NCBI RefSeq assembly: GCF_009914755.1 | Contig: NC_060930.1 | Source: the human T2T-CHM13v2.0 reference genome, Homo sapiens | Strand: one strand, 5' to 3' | Length of the DNA: 64,000 bases | Shown: one piece after another, positions 1 through 13,900 of the stretch | Layout of the letters: each line of letters starts with the position of its first letter | Numbering within the stretch: the first letter of the stretch is position 1 | Made by a program: the position numbers and the translations under genes | Notes under the pieces: generated by a model | The model's input: only the letters and a program-made list of their open reading frames with translations | The model's database searches: none | What the model was told of the DNA's origin: nothing

Positions 1-64
1 GATTTTTGATCATGATTTCCCCTGAATGACTGCTGCTGAACTATTATGAGCTGAAATAAGCTGG

Positions 65-240
65 TTGGCAATGGGAGAGAAAACAGCCCCAGGCCAGCAA
101 TCAGGAAAACTGAGTCTGGTCCTGCCACTAACTATATGACTTTAGGTAAGGCATGTCCCCTCTCAGGGACTCAGGGTCCTCATCCATAAAAGAAGCATGT
201 TACTCTAAACTTTAGAGTCTAAATGATTTCTATTGCCCTT
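65..240 (+). mobile_element. MIR relic
   Basis: cctgccactaactatatgactttaggtaag...ctcagggtcctcatccataaaa, a degenerate MIR core. Confidence 0.6.
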
Positions 241-527
241 TCATCTCTCTGATTCCCAGTGACTTTCAACAATGCTTAAGAATTACAGTGAAAGTGAATA
301 GGGTTTTCCAGAAAGAAAGCAAATTTTTACTTAAATGAATGTCCTTCAGTAAAATTTTGTAGGAAGCACCAGTAAGGGCTTATCTCTAGAGAAAGGTTTT
401 GCCCACTAGATTCACTAGATTGTCAAACAAGAAGAACTTTTTTGGGGAAAGAATATGATATATATAATATGATGTCCTGGACCAGAAAATTTTCTTTCAC
501 TCAAGGAATTTATCTAAAAGAGGAGAA

Positions 528-1345
528 TATTCATTCATTCACTTATTGCATAAATATTTACTGAGCACCCACTCTGTAGCAGGCACTGAACTAGGTTGTG
601 AGATTATAGCTGTAAACAAGACAGAGGGCTCATTCTCATGAGACTTACAGTCTTACAGGAGAGACAAAAATAAATACACAAGATAATTATAGATTGTGGT
701 GACTGCCATAAAGAAAATAAAGAGAGGGTGTGTTCAAGAGGGTGGGAACCTATTTTGGTTATGGGAGGCAGACAAGGCCTCTCATAGGAGGTGGTGTTCA
801 TTCTGAGGTCTAAGGGGTAAGAAAGAGTGGGCCCTACAAGGAATCAGGGGAGAGCACTTCAGGAATATGGAAAGCTCTTGAGATGGGAAACTGAAAAGGA
901 GACAGATTTTCAGCTGCCCAGAGAGAAATGCTAGAGTCTTAGGCCAAGGTTATATCAGTAGAAATGGAGAGAACTGAATCGATTTGAGATATAGCATTCA
1001 GAAAGAAATGGCAGGACTCGGTAATGGATTGAATGTGGAGAGTGAGAGATAAGGAGAAATCAAGGAAAATGTCTAGGCTTTTGGCTTAGGAAACTGAGTG
1101 GCTAGTGTCATTTACTGAGATGGGGGACTATTAGAGAGAAATAGGATTTTTTTGGAGGGGAGAATAAAAAATTCTGTTTTGAATATACTGCATTTAAGAT
1201 GCCTTTGGGACATCCCAGGGTAGATGTCAAGTAGGCAGTAGAACACACAAACCTGGAACTCAAGACAGAGGTCAGGGCTCAACCAGAAAAGGGGGAGTCA
1301 TTGCTATAAATAGGTAGTATTTAGTGCATGAGACTGAGATCACCT
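528..1345 (-). mobile_element. L2 LINE 3' fragment
   Basis: Starts attcattcattcac..aaatatttactgagcacc..caggcactg (antisense L2 3' end), followed by a typical purine-rich L2 body. Confidence 0.75.
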
Positions 1346-1348
1346 TGG

Positions 1349-1515
1349 GCAGTGGTTCTCAATCCTGGCTGCAGATTGGATCATGTGGTGAAATCTTGAA
1401 TAAAAGAGACCTTTTCCCCAGGTCCCACTATCAGAAATTCTGATTTAATTGATCTGATATGGGGCCTGGACATCCATGTTTCAAAGCTCCCTAGGGAATT
1501 TTCTTATTCAGCAAT
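1349..1515. mobile_element. MER5-type (hAT-Charlie) MITE
   Basis: cagtggttctcaatcctggctgca...attctgatttaattgatctg..tggggcctgg..aagctccc. Confidence 0.7.
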
Positions 1516-4500
1516 GATGGAAGGATTCAGGGAGAAGTTCAGCTAGAGAAGGGATCCAGGACTGAGCATTTTTACATAGAGTCTCAAGTATAATACAGGA
1601 ATTTTCCATTCTTCATACCCTCCTCCTGTTTGGAACATCTACTCGTTGGCCCGTTGGATGAGGTTTAGTCCTCACTGCACTATGACAGAGTACCCTATCC
1701 TTGACTTAGTCAGTGTGTCCTTGGTCTTCCATGTTCTTAATTTCTGAAGGAATTGCTTGGGTGCTGGGGATTTAAGTACACCTTCTTTCAGCCCATCATT
1801 CGAGTGTTACCCTGATGTGGTTTAGTGGTAACAGGTATTTGTCATAGTTGAAATGTGAAGAACTTGTTTGGCTTTTGCTCTTCAATGTACTTTGTTCTTC
1901 AATGTACTTCATACATTATGAAGAGTGCATTTTGTTGTGGTTGCAGTGGTGTCTGTGAAGGGGCAGATATCTACAAAGAAAAATGCGTATGTTTTTGTAT
2001 GTGTGCATCTGCAGATAAATGTTTCCTGAATTATTCTAGGGTGCCTGTAGATACTTGGAAGTGTTCTTTGAAGATAATTTCCAAAAGATCATGAAGGGTT
2101 TTAAAATTTCACCTGCTTTAAAATTTTTCACACTTACCAGTCCTAGCCTAAGTCCTTTATTTTTGCCTGCAAACTCTTATTACTCCTGAAAACGCTGGGC
2201 TAAGAGAAAGTAAAAATGTACTCACACATGTACAGTCTGAGCTCACATCTCATACAGCCTCTAGGAAAACCTAATGAAAAGGCTATAGAAAGCAGAGGCA
2301 AAGCTTATTAAATTTTCTTGTGACCCATGGCCCACGTAAAGTCCTAGTGTATAAAGGAACCATGCAAGATCATGTAGCCCTCCCCTCAGCCCTCAGGGAA
2401 CCTGCCATTCCAAAAATATGGCCTATTAAGAAAAATAACTTCCAGGGACAATTCCGTAAGCTTTCTTGTTAATGTTTACAGCTGTATCAACACCACACCA
2501 ATACTATGTGTGTGCATGTGTGTGTCTGTGTGTGAGTGTGAGGAACAGACTCCATGGATCTGTGACAAGTACTATATAATTCCCTAATTGTGAAACTAGT
2601 TAGACCCAGCAAGATGTATTGATGGAAGTTTGGTGAGTTAGGCTACAGCCATTTGTTTAGGGTAATGGGTGAATTATTAACTTTGTAATTGAATCCTTGT
2701 TGCTACTTCTGCTTATGTTGAAAGCCAGCCTTGGCACCTCACTGGGCTTAGTTCTTAGGTGTTTCACTCTATATGATCTGGATATTTTCAGTCCTCCATA
2801 GCAGCTGGAAGAGGAAGGGAAGAGAAAGCTAGAATACCAGCACTGATGGTGCCACGTGATGAATGGAAAGCTCAGTCAACTTGGACGAGGGCTATATCCT
2901 CGTGAAGGCTCAGCTAGTCGGCAGCCGAGGACCATAAGCTAGTTGTTCTACCTCTGCAGGCCTCAGTCACTTCATAGGTGAACACCTTACTTGCCAGGGT
3001 CTAGGAGTTGTTTTGGGTCATCTCTAAAAGTCCTCTAGGGATCTAAAATCTATTTGTAATCTGGATACAAAACAGTAATGGTGGGGAAAACAACCATTAA
3101 CAATGAATTTCTCTAATTTTTCCTGTTCATTTTTCTCCTAGGTCTAGTCCTTCTGTTATAGCAGATGCCCAAAAACTTGCACTGGCAGGAAATAGGGTGG
3201 TGGGTGCATTTCAGTTAATGGGCCTAGTTGGAACACGTTTGGCCGTGGAGACAGCTACACTCATATTACCAAGCCTTGGCTTCCTATCTGTTTTCTTTGG
3301 GCTGGGAAGGCAATGAAAAAGGAGACAGGAAAATACATTTTGGGGCAAATAAAATAAGGAATTTGTCTTACGAAGACAGCTTATAGTTGGGAAATTCTAA
3401 TGTTCAATTTAACCCTATCCTGATACATTCCTCTTGTTCTGTATTAAGTGGAAGCTAAGGCGTTTGCGCTACCCATAGAGTAGTGAAAAACTCCCAGGCT
3501 TGAAGGCTTTTCATAAACCTTCTTCAAGGTTTCTTTCTTTTATGGATAATATTCTAATTCCCTTAGTTTCTCTTCAAGGGGCAAACTCTTAATCCCATCA
3601 TCATCTTGGTGGTTCTTCCTCGAATCAGCTTCAGTTACTTAATAGTCATACTAAAATGTTAGGGCAGCACCCTAGGGCCTCACTGGCACAGAATCTGGAG
3701 GAAGGAATCCCCAGTCCATTTCTGTTTCTCTATTAGCATTGCATTTGTCCCCAATAGCACCACCCTATAGATTTACTCTACTGTGGTACACCCAGATTCA
3801 GATGCTTTTCTGTTATACTTGCACCAAGACACTAGTATGTCTTTTGTTAAGAATGATTTGATGATTTTTAAGAAGTCTTAGTATCTTGGTTTGTTTTAAT
3901 TTGTGCATTTCTCTAATACCCAGAATTTCTTTAGCTTTTAGACTTGAATAAACTAGAAGAGAGATAGAAAGGCTCCCCCCCTCCGCCAAATAATGGATTG
4001 TCACAGTCACATGTTTACTTAAAGAGTGTATTTCAGCTTCTTTTCCAAAACCACAGTAGTGGATTTAAAATAAAAAAGCATTCTCTCTGATTTAACAGAG
4101 TTTATTATACACATTCCAGCTTTGGCATATCACAAAATATCCAGATTCCTCTTGAGAATTTGAGTTTCCCTGCTTACATTTCTGTTTTTTTATTTCTTAA
4201 AGGGGTTTAGGTTTGAGTTTTAATTTTCCAGAAAAGAGTCTTAGTAAAGAGTAGTTGTAACGTTAAAGAAAAGTCACTATGGTCATCGTGGAAATTTCCC
4301 TTTGACAAATGTGTTTGTCCGTGTCTCTGCTCCAGCTTTGTGACATTGTGGCTAACATGCACGGACTCTCTGAACTTTCAGAGGGGATTTCCTCCATCAT
4401 GAAACAAGCAAACACCCCCAATACACATCTCTCCTGTTTGTTTTTTTTTTTTTTTTTTTTTTTACTGAGAGGGCCAGAGAAGGTGTCTAGTATCCTGCCT

Positions 4501-4655
4501 CTCTATTGATGCTTGACTTCAAGTTGTCCTCTGAGACCTCAGCTCTCCATTTATAAAACAGAGCTAGGAATGCTGGCCACCAGATACCGCTTATAAAGCA
4601 ATTTGAAATGGAAGGCATTATGTAGACAAGTCATTATAAATATTAATATTGATAA

Positions 4656-4946
<291 letters not shown>

Positions 4947-6304
4947 TAGGTTTCACTTGCATAGACGCTGGCAGGCTGGGGGTGAGGGGCTACCAGAGGA
5001 GATGTGTTCACTTCAAAACTCCTGGAGCTGTGAAGCGGCTTATTATTAAAGAATCAAGACTTGAAGACACTGATTTCTTCTTTTTTATTAAAAAAAATAA
5101 CATTCAATAACTTGGGGATAACATTTTGGGGGATATTTCTACTAATGCTCTACTCTGCAGCAATCTCAGTCTACACCCTGGTGGAACGGTAATAATGCAC
5201 TTTGGGAGAATGTTTATTATACGTTTCTATATTGTATCCAGGTGGTGCAGGGGATAACATCACACCCTTACTATTAGAAAATTAGTGTTACCCTCTCAGA
5301 TTTGGGCTTACATTTCTTACATGTATAACTATTTCATTAAGTCTGCTTGAAAATTGCCCAGGGCGAACAGGAAGCCTTGATTGGTAGTTATAAGGCAAGG
5401 TCAATGTGTGGCTCATCGGGCACACAGAATTCACTTCTGATTTACATTTAGCTCTGGTTCTCCATTAGACATTTCTCTTTATAAATTCTAGTCAGCTACT
5501 TACTTTACCTTTCTTCTGAGAAATTAACATCGGCATTACATTACAGACTAATCATTCACATTTGGTGCATTAAGACCCCCAACTCTTTTCTTTTTGTCCC
5601 ACTTGTGCAAAAACAGATTTATTTAAAGACTCGTTTGAATGCTTTTAGGTCATGATGACAAGAGAGTGTATTAATTATTATAAATCTTTAATTTGCAGAT
5701 AAAAGTATTGAGAGCTGAAAGGAAGTTTACATGTCATCTAATTGCTATCATTGGTAGAGGTGGACTAGAATAGAGGGAAAGTAAGTCAAAACAAAATGTG
5801 TAATAAGCCCTCAACATGGATCTTTTTTATGGTTAGATTTTTGTTTATAGTAGTTAGGCTCGAATGTTCTTAATGGTCTCAAAACATAATTGTTTATAAG
5901 CAGAATGACCTATCTCTTCTTCTCTCCTGCCCATATTATGTAAATGTATTCTTGGATAGTTACTTAGAGTAGGTTTCAGTTTCTGTGAGTGTATATATTT
6001 TAGTCGGAATGTATGAGTTTGCATGAGTGTATATTTTAAAAAATAATATAGAATTATAAAAATCAAACATCTAAACACTAAAGATAACCAGATATCTGCA
6101 TTAAGGAAGAACATTATTGCTCTTTGAAGAATGGCCATGTTTTAGACTATATAAAACTTTAATCATTCATATGTGGGGTTGAAAGGTCAATGTGTTCACT
6201 AGACATATGTCCTTGATAAAAATACAAGAGTAAAATTCACACTAACTTGTGAATTTGAAGCTTGTAGCTATGGGTGCTGCTGCATTTAAAGTAGTGGACT
6301 TAGA

Positions 6305-6475
6305 GACTACAAAAGATGGGAGAGTGGGGGGGCGGTGGTGAGGGTTGAAAAATGACCCTTGAGTACAATGATTGCTGTTTGGGTTATGGGTGCACTAAAA
6401 GCCCAGACTTCACCTCTATGCACTATATGCATATAAGAAATCCATACTTATACCCCCTAAATATATGTAAAAAAA
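6305..6475 (+). mobile_element. 5'-truncated L1 (L1PB/L1MA-like) 3' end
   Basis: gggtgcactaaaagcccagacttcacc...ataccccctaaat plus an A tail. Degenerate TSD aaagtagt(g/a)gactt at about 6288 and 6476. Confidence 0.8.
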
Positions 6476-6547
6476 AAAGTAGTAGACTTTAGATTATTCA
6501 TTAAGGCATAAAATAGCTTTCCTTTTGTCTTTATAGTAATCCTTAGA

Positions 6548-6625
6548 CTGTGTGTGTGTGTGTGTGTGTGTGTGTTTGTAGAAGCAAATGTATATATATA
6601 CACACATATATATGTGTTTATATAT
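6548..6625. repeat. (TG)n microsatellite followed by TA/CA-rich low complexity
   Basis: Directly visible. Confidence 0.95.
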
Positions 6626-9124
6626 GATTTGTAATGGATTTATGATGACTAATAAAATATATATAAATATATGTTCCATGATTTGGCAACCACTGGCTTT
6701 TTAAATGTTTGATTTCTGTATTCTGATCATTATTTGTTTGCTATTTATGCTGTTAATGACTAATGCTTTAGAAATGGCCTTTGGAGACTGCGTGTTGCCA
6801 GATTCACTTAAGAAGATGCTTCTCTCAAGGCTTTGTCCTTAAATCTAAAGATGAGATCATAAAGTAGATCCAGAGGACATTTTAGAACCTAAAGGTACCT
6901 TAGATATTGTGAAACCAATGGCTGGAAAAATTGTGAAGAGGATCTGTGTTTTAGTAGCATCCCCGCCTAGCAGATACACGTGCAGAGAGTGAGGCTCAGA
7001 GGAGGTGTGGGGCTCACCTGTGCCACAAATGCATCTGAGCAGATCGAGAGTGTGGCCACCTCCACAGGCCTGGCCCTCCTCCAGTTGTCAGCTTCTCTTC
7101 ACCCTCTTCCCTGTTAGGGGGCTCAGGAAGTTAAGCTTCTTGTCTGCAGTTGCACAGCAAGTTACTGGCAGGGCAGGGAACACATTCACTGGATATATTT
7201 CTGAAAATGAAAATATAAAACAAGTTAATTTCTAGGTACTGATAGCTTCTTGGAATTTTTATGAGTATTAGTGCTCTTCATTTTGGGATTATAGTAGTAA
7301 TAGAATTGATTTATAGACTAGTGTTCTTTTTTTTTCAACATCCACTAGGTATTGGACCCAACAACTTTTCTCAAACTTTCCAAATTTCCAGATGTCCACA
7401 TACATACTTGTCACCCCAACCACTCTTGGCCATGTGAGCTTTCTTTAAATGTTCCCATATTGTGAGTGAGAGAATGCCTGTATCTGTCCATAACCAAGGA
7501 GATGCAGTGTTCTACTGTGACCCAATTTTTAAAGGAAAGCCCAGGAACATCTGGAGCAGCAGCAATGCGAAAATGAATTGAATAGGTTCAATTTTTTAAT
7601 CTCTGGATTGACTTCTTTGTTTATTCAATAAGTATGATTTGGGGCCTATCACATGTAGCAAACTGGGTGTTAGGTAATATGGAGAGAGAAGAAAAGCGCT
7701 GTTCTTAGTTGTAGTTGAAGAGATAGTTATCCTCCCCAGCCCTGGCATACCACATCCTGTGCCCCAACTGTAATACCATTCCTGAGTACACGTGCTTCTC
7801 TCTGTACCCCTTTACTCAGCCAGCCCATCTACAGTAGTCTCTGTCTGCTGACAAGATTCCACCCATCCTCCAAGGCCACTGTGTTATCTTCTTCAGGAAA
7901 AAGTTCTGGAACCTTCATCCAAAGGCAGTTCATCCACCCTCTAAGCTTTAGTTAAGATTGCCTTCTTTTAAGGATACTGTGTATTCATCTTTTCTACCCT
8001 GCTACATTGTACATTCTTTGAGGGATTTATTACAGGGATTTATTTTCTTTTGTGACTAGCCCAGTGGCAGTGTCTCATTAAATATGAATTATTGAAAGTT
8101 CAGGTGAGAAGCAATCGGTGCAATAAGGGTTGAGAGGATATCATATCTGTCTTAGTAGCATTAACTCTTCTTTCTAATTTCCTGTCCCAGGATGTCATTG
8201 TTCCCTAGTGATGGGCAGCAGCTTAAATCACATTTCAATAAAACATTTACTTAGTTAAACTGTTCGGTTTTATTCAAGTTTAGGGTCAATGTAATTGCAT
8301 GACTAAATTTAAATTCTTGCCTGTAATGGATTTTGTAACTTCTTTGCAATATGCCATATCTGCATTTTAGTTCATGTAATCCTTTGGACAAGACGTTTGT
8401 AACAGGAAGGGCCCAGTTTCCTCTCTGCAATTGGCTTGCTACTCTTGATATCTCAAGCTTTTACCCCAAAACTGTAGATAATGATCATGGTTATATAGTC
8501 CCCTCTAGTTCTCCCACTTGCCAACATAAAAGGCAGAAGACGTCTTTAAACTCCCAGAAGAGTGAAGTGAAATTAGCAATCATAAATTGAGGAAGTCATA
8601 AGCATTTAGTGTTTCATAGTTAGCCTTTTCCAGTGTCTCTTGCAGTTCCTAGGACCAAAACTTCTAGCCATGTGGTAGCTAGAACCTAATTAAAGTGGTT
8701 TCCACATAACTTCAGTCTGATTCTGTATTCCCTCCCTGGTATCTTTGCAGTGCTTGTCTGATGGTGATATTTTGTGGAAGTCTTTAATGGCTGATGTTCA
8801 GCTGAAGGCCCAGGGCCTCCCCACAGCTTCCTGGGGAAGTTGCTTCCTCTAGACCTCTTATCATTCAGACATCTGCTGCTTGTCTCTAGGTGCCAGGAAA
8901 CACCTAGTCTGTCACAAATGTTCACTTCTTTTGATTCAGAAAGCGGCGATAGCAATAGAGTAAGGATATGATGTTGGGAGATATCGCTTAAGATATCTTT
9001 AAACTCATTATCCTCTAGATGGGTCCGCTACACCTAAAAAATAATGCTGATTCAGGCCCTTGGGTTTGGTGGATTGGGACATTCATCTCGCTTTTAGGGT
9101 GGGGGATGTACTGCTATTCTGTTT

Positions 9125-9850
9125 TTCACTCATTCAAAAAATACTTAATGAGTGCGTATTATCTGCTAGGCATTGATGCAAGTGAGTGAGAGAGACACAG
9201 CTTCTGCTCACAAGGAGCTTATATTTTAGTGTCAGACACAGTCAATAAATAGGTAAATAAGCATACATATAAGATAATGTCTGATAATAATGAATGCTAT
9301 GAGAAAATGAAATAGGATAATTGCTAGGTAACAACTCGGAGAGGGAAGGAGCTAATTTTGATTGGAAAGTTGAGAAAAGGTCCTTTGAAAAGCTTTGAAG
9401 ATCTGTGAGGAATGACATTTCAGGCAGTAGGAAACTCATGCAAAGCCTAGATTATGGGGAGTCTTGGGGGCCACAATAGTGGCTTGGGTTTAGTTCTGAT
9501 TGTAGTGGGCTACCAGTGTAGTGGGGGATGTGAAGCAAGGGAATGACATTATGTCATTTACATGCATAATAAAACCTGTTTGGATGCTGTTTGAGGGGAC
9601 CATAAGGGGCTAAACAAAGAAGCAGAATTATGTTCAGGAAGCTGCTACAGTAGCTCGAGAGAGTAAATGGTGGTAGCAGTGGAGGTGGAAGGACACTGAA
9701 GGATTCTGAATACTCTCTTTTTTTTAATAGAGAGTTCACAACTCTCGCTGATGGTGAAGGGAAAACAGGACTTCAGAGTTTTGACCTGGGCAATTGGAGG
9801 ATGGTGGTGCCATTCACTGATGTGGGGAAGACTCAGGGAGGATAAGGTGG
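9125..9850 (-). mobile_element. L2 fragment
   Basis: cactcattcaaaaaatacttaatgagtgc..tgctaggcattg...ggtgccattcactgatgtggggaagact. Confidence 0.7.
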
Positions 9851-10329
9851 AGTGGGGCTGGGGAGCTCAGAGAAGCAGTTGGGTGGAGAAAAGAAGATAC
9901 TAAGAAAGAAGAGACTCGACATTCTCACTCCTACAGTAGCTTGTAAAACTGCCTTTGCAGACACCCAAGGGGCTTCCCTTCTCATGATTCTTCCTAGGTT
10001 GCAGCGTTCCCTTTCATGATTTCCTTTCTCTTTTAAAAGCAGCTCTTGGTTCTTTTGAGTCTTGGTTGTTTTTCTAAGCAGTCAATGAAAGTTGATTTTC
10101 CCTGCATGTAAATGCTGGAAGGAAGTGCACAGGATATTTTTTTCCTTGGTTCAGACCCCTATTTGCCCTTCACTCAGGAGTAGATTCTGGACACTTCTGC
10201 ATAGGCTGCTAGATAGTCCATCATGTTATTTATTGTGACTTTTTCTCCTTTTGTAATGTACAAGCAATTCATTTGAAGTTTCACTTATTTTTTTATTTTA
10301 AATTAATATGTTATTGTATTTCATGCTTT

Positions 10330-10660
10330 TTTCTCTGCCTAGACACTCTTCCTTGTCTTGTTTTTCCAAACACATTTTTATTGTTTCTTCAAAACTCAGA
10401 TCAAATGCTGCCACCTCTGTCAAGCCTCTTCCAACCTATCCAAGCAGAGTCGAATCAGGCTCCCGTGCCACCTTGTACAACCCTTGATTATATCTTGTTC
10501 CATGTGCTGATGATTACTGTTCACATGTCTGTCTCCTCCATCAGACTTTGGACTTTTCAAAGTCTAGGGCCATGTTTTCTTCATCTTTGTGTCCCCCATT
10601 GTCTTACACGGTACCTGCTTACTACGTGACTTTTGGTTCGGTGATCAGTGAATAAATGGG
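10330..10660 (+). mobile_element. L2 3' fragment
   Basis: tgtctgtctcctccatcagact...catctttgtgtcccc...cacggtacctg...gtgaataaatg. Confidence 0.6.
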
Positions 10661-10744
10661 GTCACTGACCTCTTCAGGAGGCGGGACCCACTATTATCCT
10701 AGCCTTAATATTTTTCTAGTGTCTGTTTGATTGAATTACTATTA

Positions 10745-10950
10745 GTTACCATTTATTAAATGCTTGTCATGTGTCAGGCATTGTTCTAATTAGTTTAACT
10801 CATACGTTCCTCACAATAGCTCTATGAGATAGGAGGCATTCTTATGGAAACTGATGGTAGACAGGTGGAATAACTCACCCAAGGTCCCACTTACTACTAG
10901 TAAGTGGTAAATACAGGAAGTAAAGGCAGCTCTCCATAGCTCCATGGCCC
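10745..10950 (-). mobile_element. MIR
   Basis: accatttattaaatgcttgtcatgtgtcaggcattgttctaa...cctcacaatagctctatgagatagg...cccaaggtcccac. Confidence 0.7.
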
Positions 10951-13900
10951 TGTGTACTTACCACCAAGTACTCTTGGGAAGCTGAAAGGTACTTTTATCA
11001 TGGCTCAGCTTCCTCCCATTTCTGTACCTCACTTTCATTTATTCAGTTCTTTACCATTTACAAACCAAAGGCCTAAAACAATTCTAAAGGTACATATTTC
11101 ACAGATGGAAGAAATTGATTCTTGGAGAAATGACTTGCTGAAGGCTACTTCAGCTATTGCAGTTGACTGTGAGTTCCTGATTCTTAGCAAGCACTCACCT
11201 TCATCCCTATCAAGATAGGTTGGGCTTGTTGCCAACAATCTAAGTGACATGTGTCCTGCAGGACTAATTTCTTTTTCTTCTGTCCATTATACATTATTTA
11301 GGATACTTAGAGAGAATATTTTCATGAACGGGAGTTAGCATTAGGAATATCTGAATTATACTTTAAAATTCAATATAATCATTTAAATGATTAAATTCCA
11401 GTTATATAAGGCATGTATTTAAGGTAAAAACTGCTTGCCAGACATCCTGTCTAATAATAATCTTATCAGCAGTTACTGTGACTGAAGTGGTTTCCACCTA
11501 ACTTCAGTCTGATTCTGTATTCCCTCAGCAAACAGAACTCCTTTAAAAATTAAGGGGACCTCAGCCAATTAGGCCAGCTGGAATTAGGCTGTGTATATGT
11601 TTGGCTGTCCTAGGATTCTAGTGCTTGTCCCGAAACATTTACTAGTGTAATCCTTTCAGAAATCAGAAAGCACAGCTGAGTTGCATGTGTCTTAAGTTAC
11701 TGTTCTGTTCAAGTGCTGAGTGACCACATGATTCTTTAATGTGAAACAAGTTGGGAGATGAAGTGGGCCTGGGGTGATGTTGGCTGTGAGTGTGAGGGTG
11801 GATGGACCCATAAGAGGCTCAGATACTGTTGGTGAGCAGGAAGAATGACAGTAGGGTACCATCAGTGTGGGTATGGAGGAGAGTGGGAGTCAAGTGAATT
11901 CTCAGACTTCACAGTCACTGTGGTCCTGCTCACTTGTAGGCAACTTGTGTCAAGGAACTGAAGTCACTGCATTGAAAGACAGATTGTTGGAAGTGGTTCT
12001 TTTTTACTTTGGTGGTGCAGTGTTGTAATTTCTGAAGTTCCTGGGAAGTTTTGCCCTGTCTTCTTCCTTTGAGATGTTTCAGGTGGGGCAGCTGGGCAAA
12101 TTTGCTGCTGCCTTGCACATGTGTGAGCAGGGAATCTGTACAGGAGGTTGCTAGTCACAATCCTTATTTTTAGAAAGGGCTCAAATCATGTGTGTAAACA
12201 CTATTTCATACTGATTCTGCTCTGGTGGCCACATTATGAGGAAGAGTAGACTTTAGGTGCAGCCTGTGCTGGCTTTAAAGAATGAAGCTTCCTAGGACTC
12301 TGTGAAGGGCTGGTGGTCAACCCGTTATGTTGTTGCTTAGCCTGTTAGCAGTATCCACAGATGAGCTTCTTAAAGGTGCTCTGTTTGGATTTCTGTCTGT
12401 TGGCATTCCCTTATTAACTGAAGATGGTCTGACTTTAGTACGCTTTCAGAAAAGTAGAGAGGGTGATGTTCCCAGAAAAATTATTTTTTTGTTTCAAAAA
12501 ATTGTCTTTGTAATTTTCTCCTATCTGGGAATATAAGATGCATAGTTAACACTTAGTTGTGATAAGAAGGGTTCATCTCCTATATAATGCCTCATTTTAT
12601 CCTTCTTCCCCCAAAACAGTTCCATTTCTAGCCTGTCTTTAACTCTCCATGCAGAGGAAGTCTTGATTTTGTTCTCCTATTCTTTTCCAACACATCATCT
12701 TTCTCTTTTAGTTTTATATTTAGTTTTAGTTTTATATACATATGTATATGTACGTATATATGTACACCCACGTGTATGCATACCTGTCCCCTTTATTAGT
12801 TGCTTAGGGTCCTTTTTTGCCCTGTTTTACCTTTTGTGATGGACTATGGGCAAAAGGATCAGAATAGGAGATTAATGTTGAAGGAAATATTAACTTATGG
12901 GGTAACCCAGCAGAGGGGCAAGTTAGGCCTGCGCTTTGTGCAAAGATGCCCTGGTGGTATATTTTCACACTAAATAATGGATATGCTTCACATATCCATT
13001 ATTTATGTGATATGCTTCCACATATCTCAGGGCTTCACACAGAGAGTTGGTGTACATTGACTGTGCAGTATTAATAGCAACAATAATATATTATAGATAT
13101 GATCAGTCTAAAAAGTGTTTTCATTTTAATGTATGCGAAAGTATTCCAGGAATATAACTGTATGGCACTACTCCCAGTTAGAGGCATCAGATTCTCTTTA
13201 GGGCTTTGTTTATTGTAATAAAGACTTGCTTTTTAATGGCTTAAAACAATTGGTTTTAATAGACTTTAAAAGACAAGATTTAACGGAAGAATCAGATTGT
13301 GATCCATATAGAGAATATGAAAACTGAGGTGCTAGGAGATTTCTGAAATCCTCAGAGCTGAAATTGGAAATCTGTGTCTTAGGAAGGTGAAACCTGACAG
13401 ATAGTTTTAGGTGGGGAGTGGGTGAAGGTGTAGGGGGAAAGATTTAGAATGAAAAATGTTTGGCGCTGTTGCCAGGGTGAATGGTGGGAATGGAAAATGA
13501 CTTTGGATGAGCATCTTTGAGGACCCAGCTGAAGGTAGAGGTCATGGGAAGAGCCAATTGGCATGATTATGTGATTCTCTCCCACAGTGGTTACAGTTTG
13601 TGACTAGGAGTGGGCTAGGCTGTCGTGGACCGTCTGTCTGCTAGGACTAGGTAGGATTCAGTACAACACAGGGGAACAAGGAAGATGTTGAGCCAGTTTC
13701 CCATGTGGGGGAATGTCCTGCAGGTTGGTAGATGGAAGAACTTCCAAAGAGGACTTGACCCATCTGGACTGGGAAAATGAGCAGCAGCTGAGTGGAAGGG
13801 TTAAGAGGGAAATTTAACGGGGAAATCCGTGTGTTCGTTCAGGTGGGAAGGGGAAGGAGTGTCATCTGGAGAGGTTGAAGGTAGATGGGCGCTCTTAGCC

